32,000 nt of DNA from Sporosarcina sp. P32b (GTDB lineage Bacteria; Bacillota; Bacilli; Bacillales_A; Planococcaceae): contig NZ_PDZB01000002.1 of NCBI RefSeq assembly GCF_002743335.1, positions 104,205-136,204 on the forward strand. The letters run 5' to 3'. A program made the translations under genes and the position numbers. This document shows, one piece after another, positions 1 through 9,854 of this stretch. The notes under the pieces are model-generated. The model saw only the letters and a program-made list of their open reading frames with translations. It did not search any database and was not told the DNA's origin. Every line of letters starts with the position of its first letter. Positions within the stretch are counted from its first letter, which is position 1.

Positions 1-169
1 AGTTTGCAGGAGATTGGTTTTATGCGGTTTTTTGATTTGAGCAGAAACATTGTTGAGTAAATAAGACAATTCTTTAGTTCTCTTAGGTTTGCCAGGCTAG
101 AATTGTGTAAAGACAAGTGAAACCTGTCACAATGCGGGAACGTAGAGAAAAGTGAAACGAGGTGATCAA

Positions 170-766
170 ATGGATGTTTTGAAGTTGGATCTTGATGTGT
201 ACTCGCCTTTGATATTACCTATTATTATTCTGATTTTAGCCGGAGGAATTATCGGTATAGTATTCAAATCCCAAATAAACAACTTTGAAAAATATTTTGC
301 AATATTTAAATTTGCTTTTTATATACTTTTAGCCTTTGGAACATTTTTACTGGATGTTACTGTAGATGGCGATAGTATAAAAAGTATTGGTTTCGATATA
401 CCTGATAAACTGACTATAGGACAATTTTTATTGATTGTATTGTCTACATTCGAAGCCTGCTCTAATTTCATAGATTTTTTAAAAGTTCCCAAAAGCGACT
501 TTCACTTAGTAACTAAAGAAAAATATCAAACTGATAAAATTGATGACTCTTCTAGAAGGATTCAAACTGCCAAAAAAATTGCGGAGCTTGAAGAGGAAAT
601 AGCAGATATCAAAAGAAGTACTCTTTGCATAAATAAAAGTGTGAAAGACAATGAAGAGAAAGAAAATATGAAATCAAAAGATGTGACACAAATACAAACT
701 CGCTTGCTTATTATTTATTTTATTCAAGAATACATAGTAGGTAAAATTAGAAGCAAGAAGAAATAA
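170..766 (+). CDS. Hypothetical membrane protein with C-terminal K/E-rich probable coiled coil (orphan, AT-rich)
   Basis: ORF track gives 152..766 (GTG start). The in-frame ATG at 170 has GAGGTG about 6-7 nt upstream, so 170 is preferred. Three hydrophobic segments (LILPIIILILAGGIIGIVF, FAFYILLAFGTFLL, IGQFLLIVLSTF) precede a charged tail (AELEEEIADIKR...). No family recognised. Visibly more AT-rich than all neighbours. Confidence 0.55.
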   Translation: MDVLKLDLDVYSPLILPIIILILAGGIIGIVFKSQINNFEKYFAIFKFAFYILLAFGTFLLDVTVDGDSIKSIGFDIPDKLTIGQFLLIVLSTFEACSNFIDFLKVPKSDFHLVTKEKYQTDKIDDSSRRIQTAKKIAELEEEIADIKRSTLCINKSVKDNEEKENMKSKDVTQIQTRLLIIYFIQEYIVGKIRSKKK

Positions 767-789
767 ATTATTTTTAATAGAATTTGCAT

Positions 790-839
790 CACACCGTAAA
801 ACGGCTTTCTTGACCGGTCGTTTCCCGGTGTGTTTTTTT
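790..839 (+). terminator. Rho-independent terminator after the orphan gene
   Basis: Outer stem CACACCG (790-796) pairs with CGGTGTG (826-832). Inner pairing AAACG/CGTTT. A T7 run follows (833-839). Confidence 0.7.
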
Positions 840-863
840 GTACCCAATTCCAATGTCTTTCTC

Positions 864-891
864 TTTGTACTAACACAAACAATGTTATAAT
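864..891 (+). promoter_or_regulatory. Candidate sigma-A promoter of thyA-dfrA (extended -10)
   Basis: TGtTATAAT at 883-891. The -35 (TTTGTA/TTGTAC, 864-870) is weak and poorly spaced at 15-16 nt. Confidence 0.4.
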
Positions 892-922
892 AGGTGTAAT
901 TTCAGAAGAGGGAGCTTGAAGC

Positions 923-1864
923 ATGAAGCAATATTTAGATCTATGTCAACATATTCTGGATACAGGAACAAAAAAGGGAGATCGTACGGGTACGGGGACA
1001 TACAGTGTCTTCGGGTATCAGATGCGTTTTGATTTAGCGCAAGGATTTCCTTTATTAACGACAAAAAAGACGGCGTTTCGTCTAATTGTCTCGGAATTAC
1101 TATGGTTTATAAAAGGTGATACGAATATCCGCACGTTGATTCAAGAACGTAACGGTATTTGGGATGAATGGGCATTTGAGCGGTATGTGAATAGTGAAGC
1201 GTATACAGGACCGGATATGACGGATTTTGGTCGCCGTGTACTGAAGGATGAAGAATTCGCGGTTACGTACAAAGCGGAGCTCGCATCATTTAAAGAGAAA
1301 ATCTTAGCGGACGAAGAATTTGCGAACGAGCACGGGGATCTAGGTCCTGTCTACGGTAAGCAATGGAGAGCATGGGATAGTGCGAACGGTGTCATCGATC
1401 AGCTTGCACAAGTGATCGACAGCATCAAAAACAATCCGGACTCTCGCCGCCACATCGTCACGGCATGGAATCCAGCTGAAGTGGATGATATGGCGTTGCC
1501 ACCATGCCACTTACTGTTCCAGTTCTACGTGGCGGACGGCAAGTTATCATGCCAGCTCTATCAGCGCAGCGCGGACGTCTTCTTAGGTGTACCGTTTAAC
1601 ATCGCGTCGTATGCATTACTCATTCATTTAATTGCACATGAATGTGGTTTAGAAGTAGGCGAATTCGTCCATACATTAGGAGACGCTCACTTGTATCAGA
1701 ACCATATTGATCAAGTGCACGAGCAATTAGCGAGAGAGCCGAAAGAATTACCGACATTGAAAGTCAATTACGACGGTCGTTCGATCTTTGATTTGACGAC
1801 GGAAGATATTTCGATCGAAGGTTATGATCCGCATCCGAGAATTAAAGCACCAATCGCAGTATAA
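923..1864 (+). CDS. thyA: Thymidylate synthase (long, L. casei-type ThyA with ~50-aa insertion)
   Basis: 313 aa. Motifs [56 protein letters not shown] upstream. Confidence 0.95.
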   Translation: MKQYLDLCQHILDTGTKKGDRTGTGTYSVFGYQMRFDLAQGFPLLTTKKTAFRLIVSELLWFIKGDTNIRTLIQERNGIWDEWAFERYVNSEAYTGPDMTDFGRRVLKDEEFAVTYKAELASFKEKILADEEFANEHGDLGPVYGKQWRAWDSANGVIDQLAQVIDSIKNNPDSRRHIVTAWNPAEVDDMALPPCHLLFQFYVADGKLSCQLYQRSADVFLGVPFNIASYALLIHLIAHECGLEVGEFVHTLGDAHLYQNHIDQVHEQLAREPKELPTLKVNYDGRSIFDLTTEDISIEGYDPHPRIKAPIAV

Positions 1865-1876
1865 GGAGGACATACG

Positions 1877-2359
1877 ATGATTTCATTATTAGTGGCACAT
1901 GACCTAGGCCGAGTGATCGGCAAGGACAATGAGATGCCGTGGTATATTCCGGAAGAGCTACAATACTTTAAAGAGAAGACGATGGGCAAGGCGATGATTA
2001 TGGGACGCAAAACGTTTGAATCGATTGGTCGTCCGTTAAAAGGTCGATTAAATATCGTCATTACGCGAAATGAAGATTATGAAGCGGACGGGGTAACGGT
2101 CGTTCATAATATGGACAGCGCGGTAAAACTCGCGAAAGACTATGCGGACGAAGTGATGGTTATCGGTGGCGCGGAGATTTTCAAGATGTCGATGGCAGAT
2201 AATGCCGACAGATTGTATGTGACGGTCATCGAGAAAAATTATCCGGGTGATACATTTTTCCCGGAATACGAAGAAGACTACGCGTTAACAAGTAAGTCTC
2301 AGCCGCATTATGCGAAAGACGGCACTGCGTACACGTACCAAATTTGGGATAAAAAATAA
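1877..2359 (+). CDS. dfrA: Dihydrofolate reductase
   Basis: 160 aa. IGKDNEMPW...MGRKTFESIGRPLKGRLNIVITR and VIGGAEIF motifs. Starts 12 nt after thyA, RBS AAGGAGG. Classic thyA-dfrA operon. Confidence 0.93.
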   Translation: MISLLVAHDLGRVIGKDNEMPWYIPEELQYFKEKTMGKAMIMGRKTFESIGRPLKGRLNIVITRNEDYEADGVTVVHNMDSAVKLAKDYADEVMVIGGAEIFKMSMADNADRLYVTVIEKNYPGDTFFPEYEEDYALTSKSQPHYAKDGTAYTYQIWDKK

Positions 2360-2387
2360 CGCTCTTCTCTATACATAGAGAAGAACG
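2350..2387 (-). terminator. Hairpin shared by convergent dfrA and hlyIII; T-run only on the minus-strand side
   Basis: CGCTCTTCTCTAT (2360-2372) pairs with ATAGAGAAGAACG (2375-2387), 12/13 complementary. The A-run at 2351-2356 gives a U-tract for the minus-strand transcript. Confidence 0.5.
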
Positions 2388-3004
2388 CTAAAGAACATAG
2401 ATGCGCTGCCTGCCATAACGAATAGGTGCCAGATCGCGTGATTATACGGTACACGGCGTGACATGAAGAAGTACGCACCCGCTGTATAGAGCAACCCACC
2501 GATCACAAGCAACCATACGCCTTCTGGCGGCAGTGCGTTATATAATGGTTTGATCGCTAACACGATGAGCCAGCCCATTATGAGATAGAGTGCAAGTGAT
2601 AGTTTGGCAAAGCGGTGAATGTAAAAGACCTTGAACAAGATACCGAACAAGGTCAATCCCCAGATGATGCCAAATAACGTCCAGCCGAGTGCCCCTTTTA
2701 AGGTGACAAGCAAAAATGGCGTATACGTTCCGGCAATCAGTACATAAATGGCGGAATGGTCGAGAATCGCGAAAAAAGATTTCAACTTGACCGGCATACT
2801 ATGTAATAGTGTACTTGCGAGAAATAGTAACAACATGGACACGCCGAAGATCGTGTAACTTGTAATAGCGATTCCGGTACCTTGTTTCACACCTTTTAAG
2901 ATCAGCAAGACTAGTGCAGGTATGCTGAGTAAGAACCCGATGGCATGCGTAATTGCGTTCCAGCGTTCTTCCCGCAGATTCTTGTAATCGAATGATTCTT
3001 CCAT
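2369..3004 (-). CDS. yplQ: Hemolysin III / PAQR family membrane protein
   Basis: 211 aa, 7 predicted TM segments. Start of protein EERWNAITHAIGF and C-terminal HAIWHLFV are typical of the HlyIII family. Confidence 0.85.
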   Translation of the reverse strand: MEESFDYKNLREERWNAITHAIGFLLSIPALVLLILKGVKQGTGIAITSYTIFGVSMLLLFLASTLLHSMPVKLKSFFAILDHSAIYVLIAGTYTPFLLVTLKGALGWTLFGIIWGLTLFGILFKVFYIHRFAKLSLALYLIMGWLIVLAIKPLYNALPPEGVWLLVIGGLLYTAGAYFFMSRRVPYNHAIWHLFVMAGSASMFFSVLLYV

Positions 3005-3082
3005 AATTGCACCTCCTGCAACACACTATACCAAATACAGCGATAAAAATCGCAAAAGCCACACGCGAAGGAGATAGAAATC

Positions 3083-3919
3083 ATGAAAAAAATTCATATC
3101 GTCACGGATTCCACTGCAGATTTAACGGATGAAGTGATTGCTCAATACAATATCCATGTTGTACCTTTAACACTAATCGTCAATGACAAGTCTTATATTG
3201 ACGGCGTAGAACTCCAACCGGAAGAATTTCTCAACTTGATGCGCGACGCAAAAGAATTACCAAAAAGTTCACAGCCGGCAGTGGGTGTATTCCAGACTCT
3301 CTATGATGAACTGGGAGCGGATGGCTCGCAAATCATCTCGATTCATATGACCGGTGGCATGAGCGGTACAGTGAAATCCGCAGAGACCGCAGCTCGTGCT
3401 TCAGACGCAGATGTTACCGTCATCGACTCGATGTATATTTCGCACGCATTGTCGTTCCAAGTGCTTGAAGCATGCCGACTGGCTGAAGAAGGCAAAACAG
3501 TAGCGGAGATTGTGGAGGCAATTGATCATGTACGTAAAAGTTCCTCTTTATTCGTCGTACTGGATGTCCTAGATAACATGGTAAAAGGCGGACGTATCGG
3601 CAAAGGGAAAGCAATGTTCGGTTCCCTTATGAATATCAAACCTATTGCGTCGCTTAAAGACGGGGTCTATTCGCCCGTCGCAAAAGTGCGCAGCCATAAA
3701 CAAGTAGTCTCGTATTTATTTGATGAGTTTAAGAAAGAAACAGCAGGGAAAGTAATTCGTAGTGTTGGGATTGCCCATGCAAACGGTCTGGCGATGGCGG
3801 AACCGCTCAAAAGCAAGATAGAAGAGATGGGGATTCACGTGATGCTGACATTTACAACACCGATCGTCAGTACCCATACAGGAGAAGGCGCGATCGGATT
3901 CATGTATTACACCGAGTGA
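3083..3919 (+). CDS. DegV family fatty-acid-binding protein (FakB-like)
   Basis: 278 aa. KIHIVTDSTADL N-terminus, SSQPAVGVF, and HTGEGAIGF near the C-terminus. Confidence 0.9.
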   Translation: MKKIHIVTDSTADLTDEVIAQYNIHVVPLTLIVNDKSYIDGVELQPEEFLNLMRDAKELPKSSQPAVGVFQTLYDELGADGSQIISIHMTGGMSGTVKSAETAARASDADVTVIDSMYISHALSFQVLEACRLAEEGKTVAEIVEAIDHVRKSSSLFVVLDVLDNMVKGGRIGKGKAMFGSLMNIKPIASLKDGVYSPVAKVRSHKQVVSYLFDEFKKETAGKVIRSVGIAHANGLAMAEPLKSKIEEMGIHVMLTFTTPIVSTHTGEGAIGFMYYTE

Positions 3920-3944
3920 TACTAACTACAAAGGATATGACATT

Positions 3945-4748
3945 ATGAGAAGAATGCTAGTGCTAGGTCTCGTCTTTTCATTGTTCTTAGCAGGGTGCCA
4001 GGCCCCATTCAGCAAAAAAGAGACGACGCTTGCGGAACGTGATACCGTTGCGTTCGATCCGTTTATTGTGCCAGAAACTTTTATCCCAAAACGTGTGAAC
4101 GTCTTAGGGCTAGGTGATTCATTGACACAAGGAGTCGGCGATGAACGTAAAGAAGGCGGATATTTCGGCCGTTTGACGTCGGACATGGAACAATGGAAAG
4201 GCATTATGGAAGTGGACGCCGTGAATTTAGCGAAACGCGGACGGCGCAGCGACCAGTTTTTAAAGCAATTGCAAGATGAAGACGTACAAGAAGCGATCAT
4301 TCAGGCAGATTATATCGTCTTTACGATCGGTGGCAATGACATCATGAAAGTCGTCAAAGGGAACTTCATGCAGATGAAAATGTCTGATTTCTATAAGGCG
4401 CTCGGTAAATTCGAAAATAGAATTGAAGAGTTGTTCGAGATTTTGCGTCTGTATAACCCCGATGCACCGATTATCGTGGCGGGTCTTTACAATCCGTTCT
4501 CCGTCGTAACGGACGAGGTACAGGAGTTCGAAGACATTATCGCTGACTGGAACCGCTCAATTGAAGAACAAGTGGAACAAGACGGCATGGCTTGCTTTGT
4601 TCCGGTAAAAGATTTATTTAATTCGAATGAAAACCTGGTTTATCACACAGACTTCTTCCATCCTAATAGTAAAGGATATGATTTGATGGAAAAGCGTTTT
4701 GTAAGAGAAATTAAAAGCTGTTCAGCGGTTGACCTGGAAGTGGAGTGA
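3945..4748 (+). CDS. ypmR: SGNH/GDSL hydrolase lipoprotein (YpmR-like)
   Basis: Lipobox LFLAGC. GDSL block LGLGDSLTQGVG. GGND and DxxHP (FFHPNSKGY) blocks. Confidence 0.8.
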   Translation: MRRMLVLGLVFSLFLAGCQAPFSKKETTLAERDTVAFDPFIVPETFIPKRVNVLGLGDSLTQGVGDERKEGGYFGRLTSDMEQWKGIMEVDAVNLAKRGRRSDQFLKQLQDEDVQEAIIQADYIVFTIGGNDIMKVVKGNFMQMKMSDFYKALGKFENRIEELFEILRLYNPDAPIIVAGLYNPFSVVTDEVQEFEDIIADWNRSIEEQVEQDGMACFVPVKDLFNSNENLVYHTDFFHPNSKGYDLMEKRFVREIKSCSAVDLEVE

Positions 4749-5329
4749 AGTACAATATGAATATTTGGAAAGTAGCGTTTTTCAGCCTGGCAGGAATAGT
4801 GGCAGCGGCGCTCGTGGGAGTAATTATCCTCATCAGTGGTGCTACCGCTTCTCCCCCCCTACCGGAAGATAAAGAGGCAAAAGGGGAAGGCTATACTTTG
4901 GCACTCAATACAACCAAAGTGAATTTTGAAGGAATAGCAAACACATATATTAGAAAAGCGGTAAAAGGCAAGTTGCCAGTGGAATTAGAAATGCGCGACG
5001 ATGTATTGTTAACGTCTGAACTTACGGTGTTCTCGCATACATTACCGCTTGCCATGCATTTTGATCCCATCGTACGAAAAGATGGAAACTTAATTCTCAA
5101 ACAATCGTCCATGGAATTAGGACAATTGAATGTACCTCCTTCTACGGTATTGAAATTATTGAAGAGTTCAGTTGAGCTGCCAAAATGGATGGTCGTTCGA
5201 CCGAAAGAAGAAGAAATTTTCATCGATTTAAAAGACTTGCCGATCTCGGGAGACGTCCAAGTGAAGGCAAAAGAAGTGAATTTAGCACAAGATGAGATTA
5301 TATTGGAAGTATTGATACCGAAAAACTAA
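4745..5329 (+). CDS. ypmS: YpmS-like (DUF2140) membrane-anchored protein
   Basis: Single N-terminal TM helix (VAFFSLAGIVAAALVGVIILI). Overlaps the ypmR stop. The start could instead be the ATG at 4757. Confidence 0.65.
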   Translation: MKYNMNIWKVAFFSLAGIVAAALVGVIILISGATASPPLPEDKEAKGEGYTLALNTTKVNFEGIANTYIRKAVKGKLPVELEMRDDVLLTSELTVFSHTLPLAMHFDPIVRKDGNLILKQSSMELGQLNVPPSTVLKLLKSSVELPKWMVVRPKEEEIFIDLKDLPISGDVQVKAKEVNLAQDEIILEVLIPKN

Positions 5330-5342
5330 GGGGGCAATTACT

Positions 5343-5873
5343 ATGACAACACAACTCGCAACTTTCGCAGGCGGATGCTTCTGGTGCATGGTCAAGCCGT
5401 TCGACCAATACGACGGAGTACATTCCGTAACGAGTGGTTATACTGGAGGACATACCATCAATCCAACGTACAAAGAAGTTTGTTCCAATACAACGGGTCA
5501 CCGAGAAGCTGTAGAGATCGAATTCGACGATAGCGTCATCAGTTATGAAGAATTATTGACTGTTTTCTGGCAAGTAATCGATCCTACTGACGCAGGCGGC
5601 CAATTCCATGATCGTGGTGAATCGTATAAGTCAGCGATCTACACACACTCGGACGAGCAACAACAAGCAGCAGAACAATCGAAGCAAGCTTTACAAGACA
5701 GCGGCAAGTTTAGCGCACCGATTGTGACAGATATTTTCCCAGCGGAAGTATTCTATCCAGCTGAAGAATATCACCAGCAGTATTATGAAAAGAACCCGGA
5801 TCACTACGCGCGTTACACTGTCGGATCAGGTCGTGCAGGATTTATCGAAGAAAATTGGGGGAATCGTTCATGA
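5343..5873 (+). CDS. msrA: Peptide methionine-S-sulfoxide reductase
   Basis: GGCFWC active-site motif, [22 protein letters not shown]. Confidence 0.93.
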   Translation: MTTQLATFAGGCFWCMVKPFDQYDGVHSVTSGYTGGHTINPTYKEVCSNTTGHREAVEIEFDDSVISYEELLTVFWQVIDPTDAGGQFHDRGESYKSAIYTHSDEQQQAAEQSKQALQDSGKFSAPIVTDIFPAEVFYPAEEYHQQYYEKNPDHYARYTVGSGRAGFIEENWGNRS

Positions 5874-6295
5874 AAAAAGACTTACGTACTGAATTAACAG
5901 AGATGCAATATCATGTGACGCAAGAAAGCGGAACAGAACCACCGTTTCGTAATGAATATGATGCACACTACGAAGACGGAATCTATGTAGACATCGTATC
6001 AGGCAAACCGTTATTCAGCTCGAACGATAAATACGACGCAGGTTGCGGATGGCCAAGCTTCACGAAGCCAATCGAAGCCGTAGAAGTAACCGAGCATTTC
6101 GATACAGCTCACGGTATGCGCCGCACGGAAGTACGCAGTAAGACAGCGGATTCTCACTTAGGACATGTATTTCCTGACGGACCAACAGAACAAGGCGGGT
6201 TACGTTATTGTATCAACTCCGCTGCATTGCGCTTCGTTCCAGTGAGTGACCTAGAAAAAGAAGGCTATGAAGAATACAAAGGACTATTTGAGTGA
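5870..6295 (+). CDS. msrB: Peptide methionine-R-sulfoxide reductase
   Basis: [16 protein letters not shown] and RYCINS motifs. ATG at 5870 overlaps the msrA stop (ATGA) with GGGGGA upstream. The track ORF start at 5855 is less likely. Confidence 0.92.
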   Translation: MKKDLRTELTEMQYHVTQESGTEPPFRNEYDAHYEDGIYVDIVSGKPLFSSNDKYDAGCGWPSFTKPIEAVEVTEHFDTAHGMRRTEVRSKTADSHLGHVFPDGPTEQGGLRYCINSAALRFVPVSDLEKEGYEEYKGLFE

Positions 6296-6310
6296 AAGTA
6301 GGTGACGACG

Positions 6311-6535
6311 ATGGATCGATCCTTTTACCATTTCGCGCTACGCTACCGTGGCGGTGGAAAAGATGATGTAAAGGCGTTGTTTGCAGATAGAATGTTTGTC
6401 GATGCCGGTTTCCCGAAGGATGAAGAGGATTTCGATTCATTGTCGCGTTACGTCGAGGACATGGCGGACGATCATTTACGTTCTACTACATTTGACGAAA
6501 TATACGCAATCTATCAAGAGCTTTGCAGTAGATAA
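6311..6535 (+). CDS. yozE: YozE SAM-like small protein (UPF0346)
   Basis: RSFYHFALRYRGG... is typical of YozE-type proteins. ATG at 6311 with AGGTG 6 nt upstream. The track start at 6302 (GTG) remains possible. Confidence 0.65.
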   Translation: MDRSFYHFALRYRGGGKDDVKALFADRMFVDAGFPKDEEDFDSLSRYVEDMADDHLRSTTFDEIYAIYQELCSR

Positions 6536-6550
6536 ATGGCGAGGGTTTCA

Positions 6551-6579
6551 TTGCATCTCGCCATTATTCACTGTATGAT
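6551..6579 (+). promoter_or_regulatory. Candidate sigma-A promoter of deoD
   Basis: TTGCAT (6551-6556), 17-nt spacer, TATGAT (6574-6579), about 35 nt upstream of the deoD start. Confidence 0.5.
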
Positions 6580-6613
6580 AATAACAAATTAGTGAAAAGA
6601 GGCTGAAAAAAAG

Positions 6614-7318
6614 ATGAGCATACATATTGATGCAAAACCAGGCGATATCGCAGAAACAGTTCTTCTTCCGGGAGACCCATTGCGCGCGAAGTATATCGCA
6701 GAAACTTTTTTAGAGGACGTCGTACAGTATAACGAAGTACGTAATATGTTTGGCTTTACAGGAACATACAAAGGCAAACGCATTTCCGTACAAGGTACTG
6801 GGATGGGCGTTCCATCTATTTCTATCTACGTAACCGAGTTAATGCAGGAGTTTGGCGTTCAAAAATTGATTCGCGTTGGAACATGCGGTGCGATTCAAAA
6901 AGACGTGAAAGTACGGGACGTTATCTTGGCACAAGGTGCGACAACAAATTCTTCACTAAACGACGTTACATTCGGCCCGATTCGTTTTGCGCCGATTGCG
7001 AACTTTGATTTATTGATGAAAGCGTATAATGCAGGGAAAGAAAAAGGCTTGCATTTACAAGTAGGAAACGTCTATACAGAAGATTTCTTCTATAATGAAG
7101 ACGCACAGCATGAAAAACTAGCGCGTCACGGCGTATTGGCTGTGGAAATGGAAGCTGCAGCACTGTATACACTAGCGGCTCGCTATGGCCGTCAAGCACT
7201 AGCTGTCCTAACAGTTAGTGACCACATCCTTACAGGAGAGATTACGACTCCTGAAGAGCGTCAAACGACATTCAATGAGATGATCGAAGTTGCGCTAGAC
7301 GCAGCAATTGCTGACTAA
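6614..7318 (+). CDS. deoD: Purine nucleoside phosphorylase, DeoD type
   Basis: 234 aa. [45 protein letters not shown]. Confidence 0.95.
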   Translation: MSIHIDAKPGDIAETVLLPGDPLRAKYIAETFLEDVVQYNEVRNMFGFTGTYKGKRISVQGTGMGVPSISIYVTELMQEFGVQKLIRVGTCGAIQKDVKVRDVILAQGATTNSSLNDVTFGPIRFAPIANFDLLMKAYNAGKEKGLHLQVGNVYTEDFFYNEDAQHEKLARHGVLAVEMEAAALYTLAARYGRQALAVLTVSDHILTGEITTPEERQTTFNEMIEVALDAAIAD

Positions 7319-7338
7319 TAGAATAGATAGAAACTTGT

Positions 7339-7366
7339 AAAAGACCGCTCTTGGCAGCGGTCTTTT
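7339..7366 (+). terminator. Rho-independent terminator of deoD
   Basis: AAAAGACCGCT (7339-7349) pairs with AGCGGTCTTTT (7356-7366). Loop CTTGGC. Confidence 0.8.
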
Positions 7367-7393
7367 GCAGGGATATGGAAAGTAGGGAAGACA

Positions 7394-8890
7394 ATGAACG
7401 AAAACGATTCGCATGAGAACGAGAAACCTCAACCGGAAGCGCAGAAACCTACTCGCTTTATTCGGATCAAACCGTTTTCTCTGATCATGCTCATTTTTTT
7501 CCTTGTACTGGCGACAGCCGCCGTTACCTTCGTTGCACTGACGGTAGGAGACGAAAAAGTAGTAGAAGTCGTCAAACCGAATCAAGTAGGTATGGAACGA
7601 AAAGAGTTCAAGAAACTGTATGAGGCATACGATCAACTGAAAGAAAGTTATTTTGACGATGTAGATGATCAAGTTGTCATCGACGGTGCAATCAACGGAA
7701 TGGTTGATTCATTGGGTGATCCGTACTCCGATTATCTAAATGAAAAAGAAGCCAAGCAATTGAATGAAAGCATATCTTCAAGTTTCGAAGGAATTGGTGC
7801 GGAAATTCAAGAGTCAAACGGCTATATTAGTATCGTGTCACCAATCAAAAACTCACCTGCTGAAAAAGCAGGTTTACTACCAAATGATACGGTGCTATCA
7901 GTAGACGGCGAAAGCATACAAGGTTTGTCTTCATCGGAAGCAGTATTGCTCATCCGTGGAGAAAAAGGGTCCACTGTGACATTATCTGTTCGACGCGGCG
8001 AGAAATCGGATCCGTTTGACGTGAAAATCGTCCGTGACGTGATTCCGATCAATACGGTCTATGCAGAAATGCTCGACGATAACATCGCACATATCAATAT
8101 CACATCGTTCTCTGAACATACGTATGAAGAATTACTCGAAGCCCTGAATGAAATGACTGATAAAGGCATGGAAGGCGTACTCATTGATGTGCGTCAAAAT
8201 CCAGGTGGCATCTTAAGCGGTGCAATCGACATTTCCGACTTATTCGTTCCGGATGGCAAAGTTTTATTCCAAACGGAGGAAAAAGGGAAGGCACCGGAAG
8301 CGTACCCTTCGTCTGACGGACAGAAAGTAACCGTTCCCGTCGCGTTGATCGTAGATGAGGGCAGTGCGTCCGCGTCTGAGATCTTAGCAGGTGCGTTAAA
8401 AGAGTCTGCGGGTATTCCAATTGTCGGCGTGAAGACGTTTGGTAAAGGAACGGTTCAAACACCGACTCAATTACCGGATGGCTCCAACTTGAAATTAACG
8501 ACAGCGAAATGGCTAACTCCAGACGGCAACTGGATCCACAAAAAAGGGATCGTGCCTGACGTGAAAGTACCGTACCCTTCGTATGCGTCACTTCCTTTCC
8601 TAGATTCATCTGAAGAGATGGACGAAGGTCTCGTTTCACCTTCCGTACAAGCGGCAGAAGAGATGTTAGAAGCGGTAGGGTATGACCCAGGAGAAGCAGA
8701 TGGTCTCTACGACGCAGATACAGCACAAGCCGTTAAAGCGTTGCAGAAAGATCTATCACAAGAGCAGACAGGCATCTTGACTGGCGATACAACAGTCGGC
8801 TTAATGCAGAAATTACGGGACAAGATGAAAGAAGATGACCCGCAATTGCTGAAAGCGAAAGAAGTCGTGTTAAAAGAAATTAACTCATAA
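7394..8890 (+). CDS. S41 carboxy-terminal processing peptidase with PDZ and C-terminal peptidoglycan-binding domain
   Basis: 498 aa with an N-terminal TM anchor. PDZ region SPAEKAGLLPNDTVLSVDG. Catalytic block DEGSASASEILAGAL...KTFGKGTVQ. PG_binding_1-like tail GYDPGEADGLYDADTAQAVKALQ. Confidence 0.9.
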   Translation: MNENDSHENEKPQPEAQKPTRFIRIKPFSLIMLIFFLVLATAAVTFVALTVGDEKVVEVVKPNQVGMERKEFKKLYEAYDQLKESYFDDVDDQVVIDGAINGMVDSLGDPYSDYLNEKEAKQLNESISSSFEGIGAEIQESNGYISIVSPIKNSPAEKAGLLPNDTVLSVDGESIQGLSSSEAVLLIRGEKGSTVTLSVRRGEKSDPFDVKIVRDVIPINTVYAEMLDDNIAHINITSFSEHTYEELLEALNEMTDKGMEGVLIDVRQNPGGILSGAIDISDLFVPDGKVLFQTEEKGKAPEAYPSSDGQKVTVPVALIVDEGSASASEILAGALKESAGIPIVGVKTFGKGTVQTPTQLPDGSNLKLTTAKWLTPDGNWIHKKGIVPDVKVPYPSYASLPFLDSSEEMDEGLVSPSVQAAEEMLEAVGYDPGEADGLYDADTAQAVKALQKDLSQEQTGILTGDTTVGLMQKLRDKMKEDDPQLLKAKEVVLKEINS

Positions 8891-8898
8891 TCAAAGAT

Positions 8899-8933
8899 CC
8901 ACGCGTCCAGCAATCGTTGGGCGCGTGTTCTCT
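8899..8933 (+). terminator. Possible terminator after the S41 peptidase gene
   Basis: CCACGCGTCCA pairs with TTGGGCGCGTG (stem ~10 bp), followed by a weak TTCTCT tail. Confidence 0.45.
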
Positions 8934-8954
8934 ATGGAAAAGGATGATATAACT

Positions 8955-9854
8955 ATGATCGATGTATATTTACTCAGCGGCTTTCTCGGAAGCGGTAAGA
9001 CATCACTACTCGTTAATCTGGTAGACCAGGTAAAGAAATCAGGAAGACAACCAGCTGTTCTAATGAATGAATTCGGAGAACTGAATATCGACAGTCAAAT
9101 CGTCGAGGAAGCAGGAGAGGTTCCGTTAAAGGAATTACTAAACGGCTGTATATGCTGTACGGGTGCGGAATCTACAGAGGCACAATTACAAGGCTTACTA
9201 GCAGATTATCCGGAGATTGACGTACTGTTCATTGAAACAACAGGTGCTGCTCACCCTGTAGAAGCGTTAGACGCCGTTTACTCGCCGTTATTCGCAGAGA
9301 AACTAGACGTCAAGGGAATTGTTACTGTAGTGGACGCCAAGCGCTGGATCGACCGTGATAAGCTGTCGCCTCGTATACAGGCTTTATTCCTCGAACAAGT
9401 TCGCCACGCACACTTCATGGTGCTCAATAAGACGGATTTGCTGACAGACAACCAATTGGCGTTCGTGACGATGCAAGTGACGCAATTTAATAGTTACGCA
9501 CCGCTCGTCCAGACCGTGAACGCGAAAGTCGATTTCAGCTATATCGAGAAGATGGTCAATGTGGAAGCACCCAAGCAGCCGGTCGCAACAGGTAGTGGAT
9601 TACCACTTGCATCAAAGGTGTTGGCGTTTGATACACCGATCAACCAACAACATTTTGAAGACTGGGTGCGGACATTACCAGACAGCGTCTACCGGATGAA
9701 AGGCTATATCCAACTAGAAGGTTCTCGGTACTCGCATTTATTCCAATATGCATATGGCATGGTCAACTGGATACCTGAATATATGCAAATACCGTCTAAA
9801 TTAGTGATCATCGGAGAGCAACTCACCGACATTGAATATACGCCAAAAAACTAG
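8955..9854 (+). CDS. COG0523 / CobW-family G3E GTPase (putative metallochaperone)
   Basis: Walker A GFLGSGKTS, CxCC motif GCICCTG, ETTG, NKTD. The ATG at 8955 gives the canonical N-terminus; the track start is 8925. Confidence 0.85.
   Translation: MIDVYLLSGFLGSGKTSLLVNLVDQVKKSGRQPAVLMNEFGELNIDSQIVEEAGEVPLKELLNGCICCTGAESTEAQLQGLLADYPEIDVLFIETTGAAHPVEALDAVYSPLFAEKLDVKGIVTVVDAKRWIDRDKLSPRIQALFLEQVRHAHFMVLNKTDLLTDNQLAFVTMQVTQFNSYAPLVQTVNAKVDFSYIEKMVNVEAPKQPVATGSGLPLASKVLAFDTPINQQHFEDWVRTLPDSVYRMKGYIQLEGSRYSHLFQYAYGMVNWIPEYMQIPSKLVIIGEQLTDIEYTPKN

Noticed and set aside
724-924. 66-aa ORF on the minus strand between the orphan gene and thyA.
   Set aside because: It overlaps the orphan gene's 3' end, its terminator hairpin and the thyA promoter and RBS. 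It has no RBS of its own and no recognisable features.
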